The position numbers and the translations under genes were made by a program. Positions 50,680-64,000 of a DNA stretch of 64,000 nucleotides are shown here, one piece after another. The DNA comes from Octopus vulgaris (taxonomy: Eukaryota): contig OX597815.1 of the NCBI GenBank assembly GCA_951406725.2, forward strand, positions 14,880,001 to 14,944,000. Direction: 5' to 3'. Position 1 is the stretch's first letter, and every line of letters starts with the position of its first letter. The notes beneath the pieces were generated by a model, which did no database searches, was not told the DNA's origin, and saw only the letters and a program-made list of their open reading frames with translations.

Positions 50680-51368
50680 GTTCCTACATGTACCTTGAGA
50701 GAAAAGTTGGACTTAAGAAGCATCAGTTGTAATGTGCAAGAGAGACAATGGCGCTGGTATGGTGATGTGGCGAGAATGGATGAAGATAGTTGTGTGAAAA
50801 AGTGCCACACCCTAGCGGTTAAGAGAACCTGTGGAAGAGGTAGACCCAGGAAAACCTGGGACGAGGTGGTGAAGCACGACCTTCGAACATTAGGTCTCAC
50901 CGAGGCAATGACTAGTGACCGAGACCTTTGGAAGTATGCTGTACGTGAGAAGACCCGGCAGGACAAGTGAGACCCTAACCCATGGCATCTACCTGGGATG
51001 TAGCCAGCCCACTTATGTATTCCTTTCCTTCTTGGGACACAAAACTCTGCTTGCGAAGACCTGTTGAGGCAAGTGAAATCGGAATCGAAATCGCTCAAAA
51101 ATCAATGGAAATTGTAGTTGTGATACCAGTGCCGGTGGCACGTAAAAGAACCATCTGAACGTGGCCGTTGCCAGCGCCGCCCCGACTGGCCTCCGTGACG
51201 GTAGCATGTAAAAAGCACCAACCGATCGTGGCTGTTGCCAGCCTCACCTGGCACAAAAAAGGCACCCACTACACTCACAGAGTGGTTGGTGTTAGGAAGG
51301 GCATCCAGCTGTAGAAACACTGCCAGATCAGACTGGGCCTGGTGCAGCCTTAAACGATGATGATGATG
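50680..51368 (+). mobile_element. RTE LINE 3' end
   Basis: RQWRWYGDVARMDE...GRGRPRKTWDEVVKHDL...DRDLWK*, then 3'UTR and (GAT)n. Confidence 0.9.
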
Positions 51369-52192
51369 TAACAGTTGCTGAACTAAGCAATGAAATAAAA
51401 AAACACTTGCCAATTTACAGTTCTACTACAGCTTACAGCAGGAGAAAACCAAAGTGAAATGAAATTAATGTATTGTCTATTGCTGGGTATATTAAGCAGT
51501 TTGGGAATTAAGTAACCTAACTATACACACACCGCAGTACTGTTAACAGTATACCAGACTCTCACCTCCATTATCTACAAAATAAAGTTTTAGACCCTGC
51601 CTCCCACTCTGTCTCCTTTAATGAGAAGGCAAAATAAGAGTTTGCATTAGCGTCATTCTGTTTTCACCACGGTGCTAAACAAGTTTAAAAAGTTTAAAAC
51701 CATCTAATTTAAGTAAACAGCAATTTGCCCACCTACTCTTCATTCCTCACCACCTCTTACTGAGAACCAATGAACTAGGCCATGTTATGAGTGAGTGAAA
51801 GGAGGCAGACAGAATCAGAGAGATAGATAAATTTAGAAAATTAAAAAGTGTAAAGAATTCTTTGCTTGTTACTATTTCAACTCAAGTGTGCCAACGTCCT
51901 CAATGTGTGAACAGAATTCTAAGTTACAGCAAAATACTATCAAGTTTAATTACAAGGTCTTAGAATAAGAACTGAAGAGCTAAATAAAATTTTTCATGAA
52001 TAACACTGTTGCTTAGACAAAGTGAAAAGGGAACTCACAGTAGAATATTGTATGTGGAAAGTGAAAAAGTCACAATAATATGAATTTTAGTCCCTTTTTT
52101 TTTGACTGACCTCATAAGATGTGATGTCCAGCGATTTGTCCTAAATACTAGAGATAGTTCACAAAGCCAAACCTTTCATTAGAGAATATTCC

Positions 52193-52758
52193 ACAGTGTC
52201 TGTGGGACCAAAGGGAGACCTCATTGGTGACCAAAGGGCGAATATATCAGGCCGTCGTTCGTACAGTACTTCTTTATGGCTGTGAAACGTGGCCTATGCG
52301 GGTGGTCGATCAATGAAGGATGGAAGTCTTCGACAATAACTGCCTCCGGTGCATTCTTCGCTGCCATCGGGTGAACCGAGTTCTCACCGCCAATCTCCGA
52401 CTTCGCCTGTCTCTGCGGCCCCTTCCATCTGTCCTTCAGCAATGGCTATTGCGGTGGTTTGGCCATGCATGTAGGCGTCCGGTGAGTGAACTGAGCCGTG
52501 ATATCCTTCCCCCAACTGGCGGAAACGCGTGGACAGGCAGCTGATGACCTGGGTTACGACGATCAAAGAGGACCTCTCCGGGCTCACGGGACCACAAGTG
52601 GTCAGCCTGCACCAATAGAACCGTGACTGGCTCGCGATCTCCAGTGAACTGGCGCAGGACCGTCATGCATGGGCTGCCATGGTTCGAGATGCCTCGAGGG
52701 TGGTAGAAGAAGCTGACTCAACCCGCCCAGGGTGAATGTCGCCACAAGTACAAGTAAG
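52193..52758 (+). mobile_element. 5'-truncated RTE LINE with TSD
   Basis: [21 protein letters not shown]...LRWFGH; tail CAAGTACAAGTAAG; 14-bp TSD TTAGAGAATATTCC at 52179-52192 and 52759-52772. Confidence 0.92.
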
Positions 52759-53914
52759 TTAGAGAATATTCCTACAAAATGGTTGGCATTAGGAAGGGTA
52801 CACAGTCATAGAATACCAAAGCAGACATTGAAGCATGACGTCTTCTAACCTGTTGAACTGTCTAACCACACGCAATTTTGAATTTATGATTTACACCCGC
52901 ATTCCTCTATATTCCAACCTCACTGTTTGGATAATCAATAGTCATCAAACAGCTTTCACTGTATAGTCATGAAACTACTGATGAGGGGAAATGTCTGAAT
53001 TCCTCATATAACTACGCATTAAAACAACTTCCACATAGACTACACCCACTAACTTCTACACAACGAAACAAAATATACTAAAAACAAAAGACCAGCTGGA
53101 CATGACATATGAGAGGTACAGCTTCTTACTGCAGAATGCTTCAACCACCACAATTTCTGTCACATGTAAACACCAAAATACACAACAATATCCACTAAAG
53201 ATACTTTATCTCTTGTTCGGTCCAGACAAAAATAAGGAGTATAGAGTCAATAATAGCTACAGCATTGTATGTCTCACTGGCCAATAAATACTGTACTGGG
53301 ATCATGTCCAACAATAAGTGTACACAAACAGCAACTGTTGGGCTTTGAGTTCACCTTGCTTGCCTCTGCTGTGGCCCGCATCAGAATCTATGGACGTATA
53401 GAGATAGAACAAAGGAAAGAGAGTAATATATGCAGAGTGTCACAATATACCTCCCATATGAGGTAATTACTGCATGTCAGAGTGTGCATTATGGTCCTCA
53501 ACCAAACTGAGATACAGCATAGCTGAGGAGATGCAATTGGCACTTGGTAGATTCTAGTAACTCACTTTCGTTAACAACGTGTTTATCTTGAGTTAATTTC
53601 TCTGTCCTTCAGTTAACTTCATCACATGGTGATTATATGGATGGGTTTTTGTTATGTAGGACAACAAGTTCACACATCTTAAAAGAAATTCTTTAAAAAT
53701 CCACGTCAGAACTAAAGAGAAACTCATGTAACAGTGGGCACAATACTATAAGATACCTCGCAGTTGTATAGCACTGACCAAAGGAACATACAATGAAAGA
53801 TATCCCATCACCCCGCTCACCAGCAATAGTGTACTTCCACTGCCTCCGTGCAATGTCACTCGGTGTCTTTTTTTTAAGGATATAGTTTGAATGAGATTTG
53901 GTGGCTATTTCTAG

Positions 53915-55270
53915 CAGCCCATCCATACAATTTAGAAAAGGTGTAGGTAGAAACTCCATAAGATGTACCCAGTGTAAGCTATGGACACATAAGATGGACC
54001 ATCAAAGGAAAATTAACCGAGAAGATAGCTTTCGTGTGCGGCAGATGCACAGGGGCAATAGACACCATTGATACTCAGAAAACAGATTCCATTACACTCC
54101 TGGAGTAGTTGATAGTTTCCGCTACCTAGGTGACCAAGTTAGTAGTGGGGGTGGATGCTCAGAGAGTGTTACCACTAGAATAAGAATAGCCTGGGCAAAG
54201 TTCAGAAAGCTCCTACCCATACTGGTGACAAAGGGTCTCTCACTCAGAGTGAAAGGTAGATTGTACGAAGCATGTGTGTGAACTGTCATGCTTCATGGTA
54301 GTGAAACATGGGCTGTGACTGCAGAGGACATGCGTAGGCTTGAAAGAAATGAAACTAGCATGATCCGCTGGATGTGTAATGTCAGCGTACACACACGACA
54401 GAATGTAAGCACCCTGAGAGAAATGTTGGATACAAGAACAATCGGATGTGGCATGCAAGAGTGACATCTGCACTGGTATGGTCATGTACTACGGATGGAT
54501 GAGGAGAGCTGTGTGAAGAAGTGCCACTCCCAAACAGTTGAAGGAACCCGTGGTAGAGAGAGACCCAGGAAGACATAGGATGAGGTGGTCAAGCATGACC
54601 TTCAAATGTTAGGTCTCACAGAGGCAATGACGGAAGACCGAGACCTCTGGAGATATGCTGTGACTGCGAAGACCTGACAAATAATGTGAGTTCATGGCTG
54701 TTTCCTGCACCACATAGAAGCCCAAGCCCTTTCAAAGTGCCTTGGATCGTCGGGTGACCTGCTGTGCTTGAGGAGACCTATTGAGTCAAGTACATCAGCA
54801 TCAAAGATCAAATGGAAATTGTGGTTGCGATACCTGTGCCGGCAGCATGTAAAATGCACCATCCGTATGTGGCCGATGCCAGCGCCACCTTGACTGGCTT
54901 CCGTGCCGGTGGCACGTAAAGAACACCAACCGTTCGTGGCCGTTGCCAGCCTACCCTGGCACCTTTGCCAGGTGGCACGTAAAAAGCACCATCTATACGT
55001 GGCCGATGCCAGCACCGCCTTGACTGGCTTCCGTGCCGGTGACATGTAAAAAGCACCAACCGTTCATGGCTGTTGCCAGCCGTGCCAGTGGCACGTAAAA
55101 AGCACCCACTGCACTCACGGAGTGGTTGGTGTTAGGAAGGGCATCCAGCTGTAGAAACTCTGCCAGATCAGACTGGAGCCTGGTGCAGCTTCCTGGCTTC
55201 TCAGACCCCGGTCAAACCGTCCAACCCATGCTAGCATGGAAAACAGACGTTAAACGATGATGATGATGAT
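53915..55270 (+). mobile_element. RTE LINE 3' portion (RT end, C-terminal domain, 3'UTR)
   Basis: VVDSFRYLGDQVSSGGG...RIRIAWAKFRKL...LHGSETWAV...WYGHVLRM; stops; (GAT)n tail. Confidence 0.92.
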
Positions 55271-55899
55271 TATTAATTTTACCCTGGTGATATAATTCTA
55301 TCCCTGATAGTAAACTGCAGTTTTTTGTGGAATTTTACTCGTTGGCACACGTGGGTGAGTGAGGAGGAATAAGAAATCTTATTCGACTGTTTCAATTTGG
55401 AAGTACTGGTCGTTGGATATACGTTGTCTGATGTCGCTTGATCAGATAAGTATGTTAATTATCAGTGATCTCAAATTTAAAATCTTGAATTACTGTACTG
55501 AAGAAGAGAATGAGAGAGTAGAAATAGGATTTTAAATTTTTCACATCTCTCTAACTCTGAAATGCTTATACAATTGATCAGAGCCCGGTGGATTCGTTAT
55601 TTTTTTTCTCTTTACCTGCGTGAGTCGTTGAGTATTGCTGTCTGGGAAATTTTCTCATGGTAGTAAAATAGTATTTTAACTGCTATTTCTAAATTTCAGT
55701 ATGTGGTGAAGCATATTTTGCTGAACCCTAATTATAATTATACTCATAATTATAGAATTTTTGTATGTATATATATATATATATATATATAATAATAATA
55801 AATATTAAGGAATAAATCCAAATTTACAGGGAAAAATCAGATTTAGGATTAAATCCAATTTTATAGTAAAATATTATATAATATAATGGTTTTGTCTCG

Positions 55900-55947
<48 letters not shown>

Positions 55948-56230
55948 CATGACTGCCCGTGGGATTGCACCTAGAAAGTTACCATACCAGGCACAAGTCT
56001 GGGCAAGATTGTTTATGGAAGACCAGCAGTCGCCCATGTCTACCGGCCCGCCCTCTCCACGCCACCAGTGTTAGCCAAGGGAAAGGCAACAGCAGATACA
56101 GCTTGGCACCTGTGACGTCGCAACTCATTTCTACAGCTGAGTGAACCGGAGCAACGTGAAATAAAGTGTCTTGCTGAAGAACACAGCATGCAGCCCAGTC
56201 CGGGATTCGGACTCAACCTCACAATTGTAA
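55948..56230 (-). mobile_element. SINE family D (CORE/V-domain-like centre)
   Basis: Minus TGTGTTCTTCAGCAAGACACTTTATTTCACGTTGCTCC; its 3' half recurs on plus at 56848-57040. Confidence 0.7.
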
Positions 56231-56351
56231 CCACAAGATGGCAGAGGTAACATGGACCGTACCCCCTTTTTTGGGGGTTTTTTCCTACAGAAACCCACTT
56301 TTTCAACTGCAGAGATTCCGAATCTGTGAAAACAATTCGGCATTTTAAAAT

Positions 56352-56539
56352 TTTGACTGCAGCCATGCTGGAGCACCACCTTTTAGCCAAACACATCAAC
56401 CTCAGGACTTATTCTTTGTAAGCTTAGTACTTATTCCATTGGTCCCTTATGCCGAAGCGCTAGGTTATGGGGACGTAAACACAAGATGGAGGAGGGACAA
56501 ACAGACACAAACACACAAATATACACACACATATATAAT

Positions 56540-56571
<32 letters not shown>

Positions 56572-57186
56572 GAGGCGCAGTGGCCCAGTGGTTAGGGCAG
56601 CAGACTCGCAGTCGTGTTTATTGAGCAAAAACATCTAAAGCTCCACGAGGCTCCGTCAGGGGGGTGGCGGTGGTGAACCCTGCTGTACTCTTTCACCGCA
56701 ACTTTCTCTCACTCTTTCTTCCTGTTTCTGTTGTACCTGTATTTCAAAGGTCCAGCCTTGTCACACACTGTGTCACGCTGAATCTCCCCGAGAACTACGT
56801 TAAGGGTATACGTATCTGTGGAGTGCTCAGCCACTTGCACGTTAATAAATGAGCCGCGACGTCACTGGTGCCAAACTGTATCGGCCTTTGCCTTTCACTT
56901 GGATAACATCGGTGGCGTGGAGAGGGGAGGCCGCTATGCGTGGGCGACTGCTGGTCTTCCATAAACAATCTTGCCCCGACTTGTGCCTCGGAGGGTAACT
57001 TTCTAGGTGCTATCCCATGGTCATTCATGACCGAAGGGGGTCACAATATATATACCACAGGCTTCTTTCAATTTCCATCTAACAAATCCACTCACAAGGC
57101 TTTGGTCAGCCCACGCAGTGGAACTGAACCCGGAACCATGCGGTTGGGAAGCAAGCTTCTTGCCACACAGCCACGCCTGCGCCTAT
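56352..57186. mobile_element. Nested SINEs: minus family A copy split by a plus B/D chimera (56571-57040)
   Basis: A head 57050-57186 and A tail 56352-56535 flank B (56571-56845) fused to the D 3' half. Confidence 0.78.
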
Positions 57187-59074
57187 AAAATTTTTGACAA
57201 TCTATTTTTAAATCTCAAAATAATTGTAGAAACCGAGAACGGAAAAGTTACGCACAATTTTGCGCGACATGAGAAAAAAATAGCAGCTATGGTTTTGTGT
57301 GGTTGGGAATGCTGTGTGTGAAATTACTTCAAAAAAGTCACAGACAGTTATATTATGTATTCTCTTTTATTGTTTAACCTAAAATAACCCGATGAAGGAT
57401 GTTGAACTCTTCAAAGTAACGCACAGTTTCGCGCAAAAGCGCGGCGTACAAAATAAAACGAAAAAGAAAAAAGTCACAGCCAGTCACGTACCGATTAGGA
57501 AATCCGCCTTTTTTTTTTTTTTTTAAACCTCTCTCTCTCTCTTCCTGCTATTGTTTGACCCAAAATTACCTGCTGAAGCAAGCTGATGACAGAGGCTTTA
57601 TTTAGCCATTCAACAAGTTTAAAACAGCTACCAAAGTCAGGGGCCTTAATAAATAAGGATATACTACTGAACAGTAATAAACTCTGACATGCAAAGAAAC
57701 GGAATGTCCACAGCTAGAATGCTTTTGATCCTTGCTCTGCTAGATATGAACTAACTTGGGGGTTAAGCAGAAAAAAAAACAAAAAACATTCGTCTGATAC
57801 TTTTCATTTCATCCCGAGATGAATAAAGCTTTCAGTAATTTTCTAAGCTAGGCTTTCATTTCACGAAGTTCCATATTCATGGATGTATAATCTCAAACTA
57901 CTTTTGAACTAAGAAACTTTATTTTTAAATCAAAAATAAATAAAAGCTACCACGGCCCTAATAGTTGGTGGTGGTTATTTAGATACGTGTCATGTCTCAC
58001 CGAGCAGAAACTATTATCGAACGACATGCCAACCGGGACTATCACATATTATATTCAGACACTGTATTCAATATCCTACTACATTATTCAAGTGTGCTTT
58101 CACTTCATAAAAATGTCGAAAGGACTTTGGCTGACATTTCTAGAAGTCGAGCAGCTGACATTGAAAGGAGACCGGAAAGCCGTAAACAACGAAAAAAAAT
58201 AATAAATAGAATGAAGTTAATCAGATGTTTTTAATCTTTTTTATGGGTTAGTGAAATGGGGGAAAGGGCAACATTTTACAGGACCTTAAGTACTGCTAAA
58301 GAGTGACGGTATCTCAGACTCCAGTTTATTATTAACCACTAACCACTTCGATCCCTGTGAAATAACCTAGGTGGAGGTCGATAGTTGGAGGTGGGCCTGC
58401 TAGGCAACCTCCTGGTGCTTTTCTTACGAGATCAGACTCCACAGCATCTGGTGGAAAGCTTTTGATGGAGAACAAATTGTAAATGTGTAATCACACCGGG
58501 TCTAATGATTAATACGGAATGAACTTTGCCAATAACATACCAAGGCCAAATGGATTATTTCTATATTGTCAAACGCACAGGTGGATTATGTATGTTTGTT
58601 AAGCCATACAAAAATAAAAAAATAAAATAGCAAACAGTTGCTTTGTGGAGAAAACATAAATAAAAGACAACAAAACGATCTGACTGTGGGGGTTATTATT
58701 CACTGCTTTCAAATGGGTTTCTTTATTTATGTGTCGTCACAATCATCTCTGGAAGTCGGTTAAAAAAGTCACAGCACTATGACAAATTATTGTAATACTC
58801 GTAAATAACGAATAACTTTTGGATACTGGCACATGACTACGAATTTGGTGACGGGGGGGGGGTCATAGATAGTTTATTGATCTCAATAATAATTCTTGTT
58901 TCGAATTTAGAACAAGACCAGCAAAAAGGCTGGCGGTTAGTGGTCGATTAATTCGACCTCAGTGCATGAGTGGTACTTTATTTTATCGATTTCGAAAAGC
59001 TGGAAGGCAAAACTGATCTCAACGGGATTTGAACTTAGAACGTCAATAGTCAAAATAAATACCGTGGGGGCAGT

Positions 59075-59480
59075 TTCTTATTTCTTTATTGCCCACAAGG
59101 GGCTAAACATAGAGGGGACAAACAAGGACAGACATAGGTATTAAGTCGATTACATCGACCCCAGTGCGTAACTGGTACTTAATTTATCGACCCCGAAATG
59201 ATGAAAGGCAAAGTCGACCTCGGCGGAAGTTGAACTCAGAACGTAGCGGCAGACGAAATACCTATTTCTTTACTACCCACAAGGGGCTAAACATAGAGGG
59301 GACAAACAAGGACAGACAAAGGGATTAAGTCGATTACATCGACCCCAGTTCGTAACTGGTACTTAATTAATCGACCCCGAAAAGATGAAAGGCAAAGTCG
59401 ACCTCGGCAGAATTTGAACTCAGAACGTAACGGCAGACGAAATACCGCTGAGCATTTCGCCCGGCGTGCTAACGTTTCTA
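59075..59480 (-). mobile_element. SINE family C, head plus two units
   Basis: Reverse-complement family match. Confidence 0.88.
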
Positions 59481-60076
59481 CGACGCTTCATCGATTTGAC
59501 CAATCTATTCACCCTCTCGTTATTTTTAATTTCAGGGATAAGGCTGGCAATTTGAGAGGAATGGGATCAGTCGATTACATCGCCCTCCATACATGACTAG
59601 TGCTTTGACTCCGGGAGAACGAAAGTTCAACCTTGGTGAGATTCGAACCCAGAATATAAAGAGCCGAGAGGCATGAAAGTCTAGCCATGTCTGTATTAGC
59701 CAGGATTTTGTCGGTAATCGTTGTTTACTTCAGTGATAGCACCTGTGGTTTATTTTTGCGTCAGCGTCATCACTGAATACCAAGTAACCCTCGTAAAACC
59801 GATCTGATGATGCAATGAAACAAACAGGTGGCGAACGAGATGGCAACCAATCGAATTAAACGTTATATATAGTTAAAGGCGACTCCATGGGATATAAAGT
59901 TACTCAACAAATTAATTGCATTGTGAATTCAGCCAACGCTGATTTTTTTATTAAAAAGTTTATAACTGACAAAAAATATTTCTCATCATTAAGATTTATT
60001 AGACAGAATGGTGTCCTCATACTGGTGACGTTTTATCACAACACCCTTCCACTTAATCAGTTATAAGCTTTTATTT

Positions 60077-60115
<39 letters not shown>

Positions 60116-61213
60116 AGCAACAAGGATATCCTTTGATTATATATATATATAAGCAACAAGGATATCCTTGTTGCTTATTTTGACAATAATCAACCGATTT
60201 TGAATTATATGGATAATACCATACTAAATTCCGGTGCCTTTAACTTAAGTACCATATTCAACTGGTTCTAAATTTTTACTGAACTTATATATATATATGC
60301 ATGCGCACGTACACACAGACTAGAGACAGAGTAATTTCCAAGAGTTTATTAATTAATTAGCCCTATTATCCCTCATGTTTGGTGAGTAGGGAAATCTGTC
60401 GAGTTATAGAGAGCAGTGCCCCAAGGTTTGTACAGCGCAGAATTTCCAGTCCCTTTCAGCTATACGAGATAAATAAATACAATACTGTGAGCTTACTTGT
60501 GATTATAAAATGGTGTTTTCTACCCTCTTGAAATAGTAAAAAAAGAACATCACATTCATAATTACATTTGAAATGGGGTTTTTTTAATCTTAAAATCTAC
60601 TCAATCAGGAAGACAAGGGCCAAGAAAACAACCAGATTGTCTCCTTATGCCAGTGTTTTTCACACACACACACACAAAAAAAAATCCTGGAGTTTCGAAA
60701 AAATTTCTTAAATACGATTCTGTAAATAAAAAAAAAATGGCATTCAACCATTCCAAAGTAATGAAACTTTTCATACTCTTTTTATGAATATATCTCACCC
60801 TATGTTTCATCTCTCATTAAAATTAGAGTGGCGAGGAGGGGTTGTCCATAAAATATGGGTTCTTAAATTTCGGTGGGGGAAATCATTTAAGAATTCACGA
60901 TAGAATAAGTTTGGAAAGTGGTGTCATCATGCTCATAACATGTGTGTGACAGACGTGACCAGTGGACAATAAATAGGCTTTAGTTATTTACGGCGAATGG
61001 ATTAAACAGAAACATAAGCAATAAATAAAATTCCCAAAGCTTTTACTAAATGCACGTACTATATATATATATATAGAACAAATATATAAACGTAATATAT
61101 ATATATAGATCGCTTGGCCAGCGTGGTGGCGTGTCATTCGAAGGCTAAAACAATGCGAAGCGCATTGTGACCAGCGATGTGTAGCAACATCTGATAGCCT
61201 GGCCGGTCACGGT

Positions 61214-61254
<41 letters not shown>

Positions 61255-61510
61255 CAAATATACGACTTTGGTATTTTATTGTTAATTTAATTTTAATATT
61301 CCTATTATATGTAATTTCCTAGGTTGTGTAATTTACTTGTTTATTTTGAATTGATAAAAGGTGGTTTCTTTCTAATTTTTATATATATATATATAGTACC
61401 CAATGGCGGTGCCCCAGCATGGCCACAGCTCGTGAGCTGAAACTAGATAAGATAAGATAAATAAGAAGAAGTGATTTCAATGATTTATATTATGACTTTT
61501 ATAATAATTT

Positions 61511-61929
61511 TTATTTATCGACCCCGATGAAGGATGAAAGGCAAAGTCGACCTCGGCGGAATTTGAACTCTGCCGTAACGTTCTGAGTTCGAATTCCGCC
61601 GAGGTCGACTTTGCCTTTCATCCTCTCGGGGTCGATAAATAAAGTACCAGTGAAACACTGGGGTCGATATAATCGAATTAATCCCTTTGTCTGTCCTTGT
61701 TTGTCCCCTCTATGTTTAGCCCCTTGTGGGTAGTAAAGAAATAGGTATTTCGTCTGCCGCTACGTTCTGAGTTCAAATTCCGCCGAGGTCGACTTTGCCC
61801 TTCATCCTTTCGGGGGTCGATAAATTAAGTACCAGTTTCGCACTGGGGTCGATATAATCGACTTAATCCCTTTGTCTGTCCTTGTTTGTCCCCCTCTGTG
61901 TTTAGCCCCTTGTGGGTAGTAAAGAAATA
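61511..61929 (+). mobile_element. SINE family C dimer with 5' inverted segment
   Basis: 61511-61570 is the reverse complement of 61585-61642; TSD TATAATAATTT at 61500-61510 and 61930-61940. Confidence 0.85.
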
Positions 61930-62694
61930 TATAATAATTTGTATTCTTATCTTATACGTATTGAATTATAAGATACATATGTATGCTGTTAAGGTTCTCA
62001 TTTTGTTGAATGAATAAATAATCCAACATTATAAGAGCCGAGAGTTGATGAACAAACTAAATTTGTCTCATATATATATATATATATAATATTTTATTGG
62101 CTAAACTGGCAAAAATGACCATTCCTACCTAACTACAACCAATATCTTGTTTCAACACATATCTGTTTCACATCAAAAATCTTGCAAAATAAATATATAA
62201 ACGTAATATTTATATATATATATATATATATAAGGTATAATTTCACCTAAATAGATTGATAACTAGATAAAATCATGGTAAAATTATGGTAAAAATCATG
62301 ATGAAACCCAGGCTGGTCGGGTTTTTGCAATAAAAGCGACATTGAGGTGAATTTTTTTTAGACAAAAGCCTTAAAAAAACAGACAATTAAACATAAAAAA
62401 ACAAAATTATGTAAATTATATTAATAAAGAATATCAAATATATGGAAGCACAAAGGCAATTAAGCATGAATATATATGTATATCTATGTATATATTTACC
62501 AATTCCATCTTTTGTGGTAAAATAATCCAAGAATGAAGTTTCGAAGAAATGAAAAAATTCAGGTTTGAAGAAAACCGATTCGAAGCGGAAGTGCTTCAAT
62601 TTCACGGATTTTTACGAACGTTCACGAAGTTCACGGAGTTCACGGAGTTGCGGCCGACGACAGCCGGTCGTAAGTTACGGAAATTTCAAAACGT

Positions 62695-62752
62695 TTATTT
62701 ATTTATTTATTTATTTATTACTTTTATTTTTTCTATTTATTTGTTTATTACT

Positions 62753-62787
<35 letters not shown>

Positions 62788-62801
62788 GTTATTTATTTAT
62801 T
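62695..62801. repeat. (TTTA)n microsatellite
   Basis: Direct run. Confidence 0.93.
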
Positions 62802-63017
62802 CAAAATCTCGCGCAGTAGGAAAATGTAATAGCTATGGTTTATTTGTTAACACAGCCGGGTACACACACACGCACACACATATACACACATACACACACA
62901 CACACACATACACACACGCACACACACACACACACTTATATACATTTATATATATTTGCATTGTTTTATTGTTCTCTTCAGTTAGCAAAAAGTTACAAAA
63001 GTGATTGAAGGGTTTTA

Positions 63018-63424
<407 letters not shown>

Positions 63425-64000
63425 CTATATGATATATATATAATTTAATGTACACAATAAAAAAATATGAGCTGCTTGTAGTTTCTTGCATTAGGGATGC
63501 AGGTCTAGGCAGGTTGTATCCTCAAACTGTGAACATCAAATGGTAATTATTTCTCACTGGATGGAGTACATTTTTTGTTGACCTTACCTTAGCAGAACAG
63601 TAAACTATTGCTTGCGAAGACCTATTGGGGCAAGTGAAATCGAAATTGAACCAAATTCGATGACTGGCGCCTGTGCCAGTGGAGCACTAACAGCTCTATC
63701 TGAGTGGGATCACTGCCAGAGCGGCTAACTGGCTTCCGTGCCGGTGGCATGTTAAAAGCACCATTTGAACGTGATCATTACCAGCGTCGCCTTACTGGCA
63801 CGTGAAAAAACATTCGAGCGAGGTCGTTGCCAGTGCCTCATAAGACTGTAACAACTTCTTGATACACTCTTGGTAATCTAGTACCTGTGTGTTACCAAGG
63901 AAACCATGAAAGGCTGACTTAAATGCTCTCGGTTCCTTTAAGGTAAGAAGTTTCTCACAGTCTTTATACTTCAGCACCTCTCAGATCTGAGGTCCAATGA

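Noticed and set aside
52975-53012. Hammerhead CTGATGA-GGGGAA...TTCCTC; also 57389-57418 and 59804-59823
   Set aside because: GAAA or stem II missing; not distinguishable from chance

Overview
AT-rich, microsatellite-saturated animal genomic DNA whose repeat content (several tRNA-headed SINE families, RTE LINEs with (GAT)n tails) looks like a coleoid cephalopod, most likely Octopus; this is inferred from repeat style, not from a search. Most of the window is transposon debris: four SINE families, RTE and R4/Dong-like LINE fragments, Tc1/mariner relics, two Helitron pieces, and pogo-, piggyBac- and Merlin-like MITEs. Nearly all ORFs in the track are microsatellite or repeat artefacts. One weak host-gene candidate is an 82-aa ORF on the minus strand at 41462-41710. 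The main signal is a set of at least six sequence-unrelated fold-back (palindromic) insertions, each with a minimal type I hammerhead-ribozyme-shaped motif. Four have the architecture TSD - inverted arm - spacer - sense arm - unpaired tail - TSD, matching Penelope-like element (PLE) termini and retrozyme-like elements. Two families carry a compensated U3-A8 core, and one joins a tRNA-like Pol III head to a hammerhead. All structures were read by eye, and coordinates may be off by a few bases.
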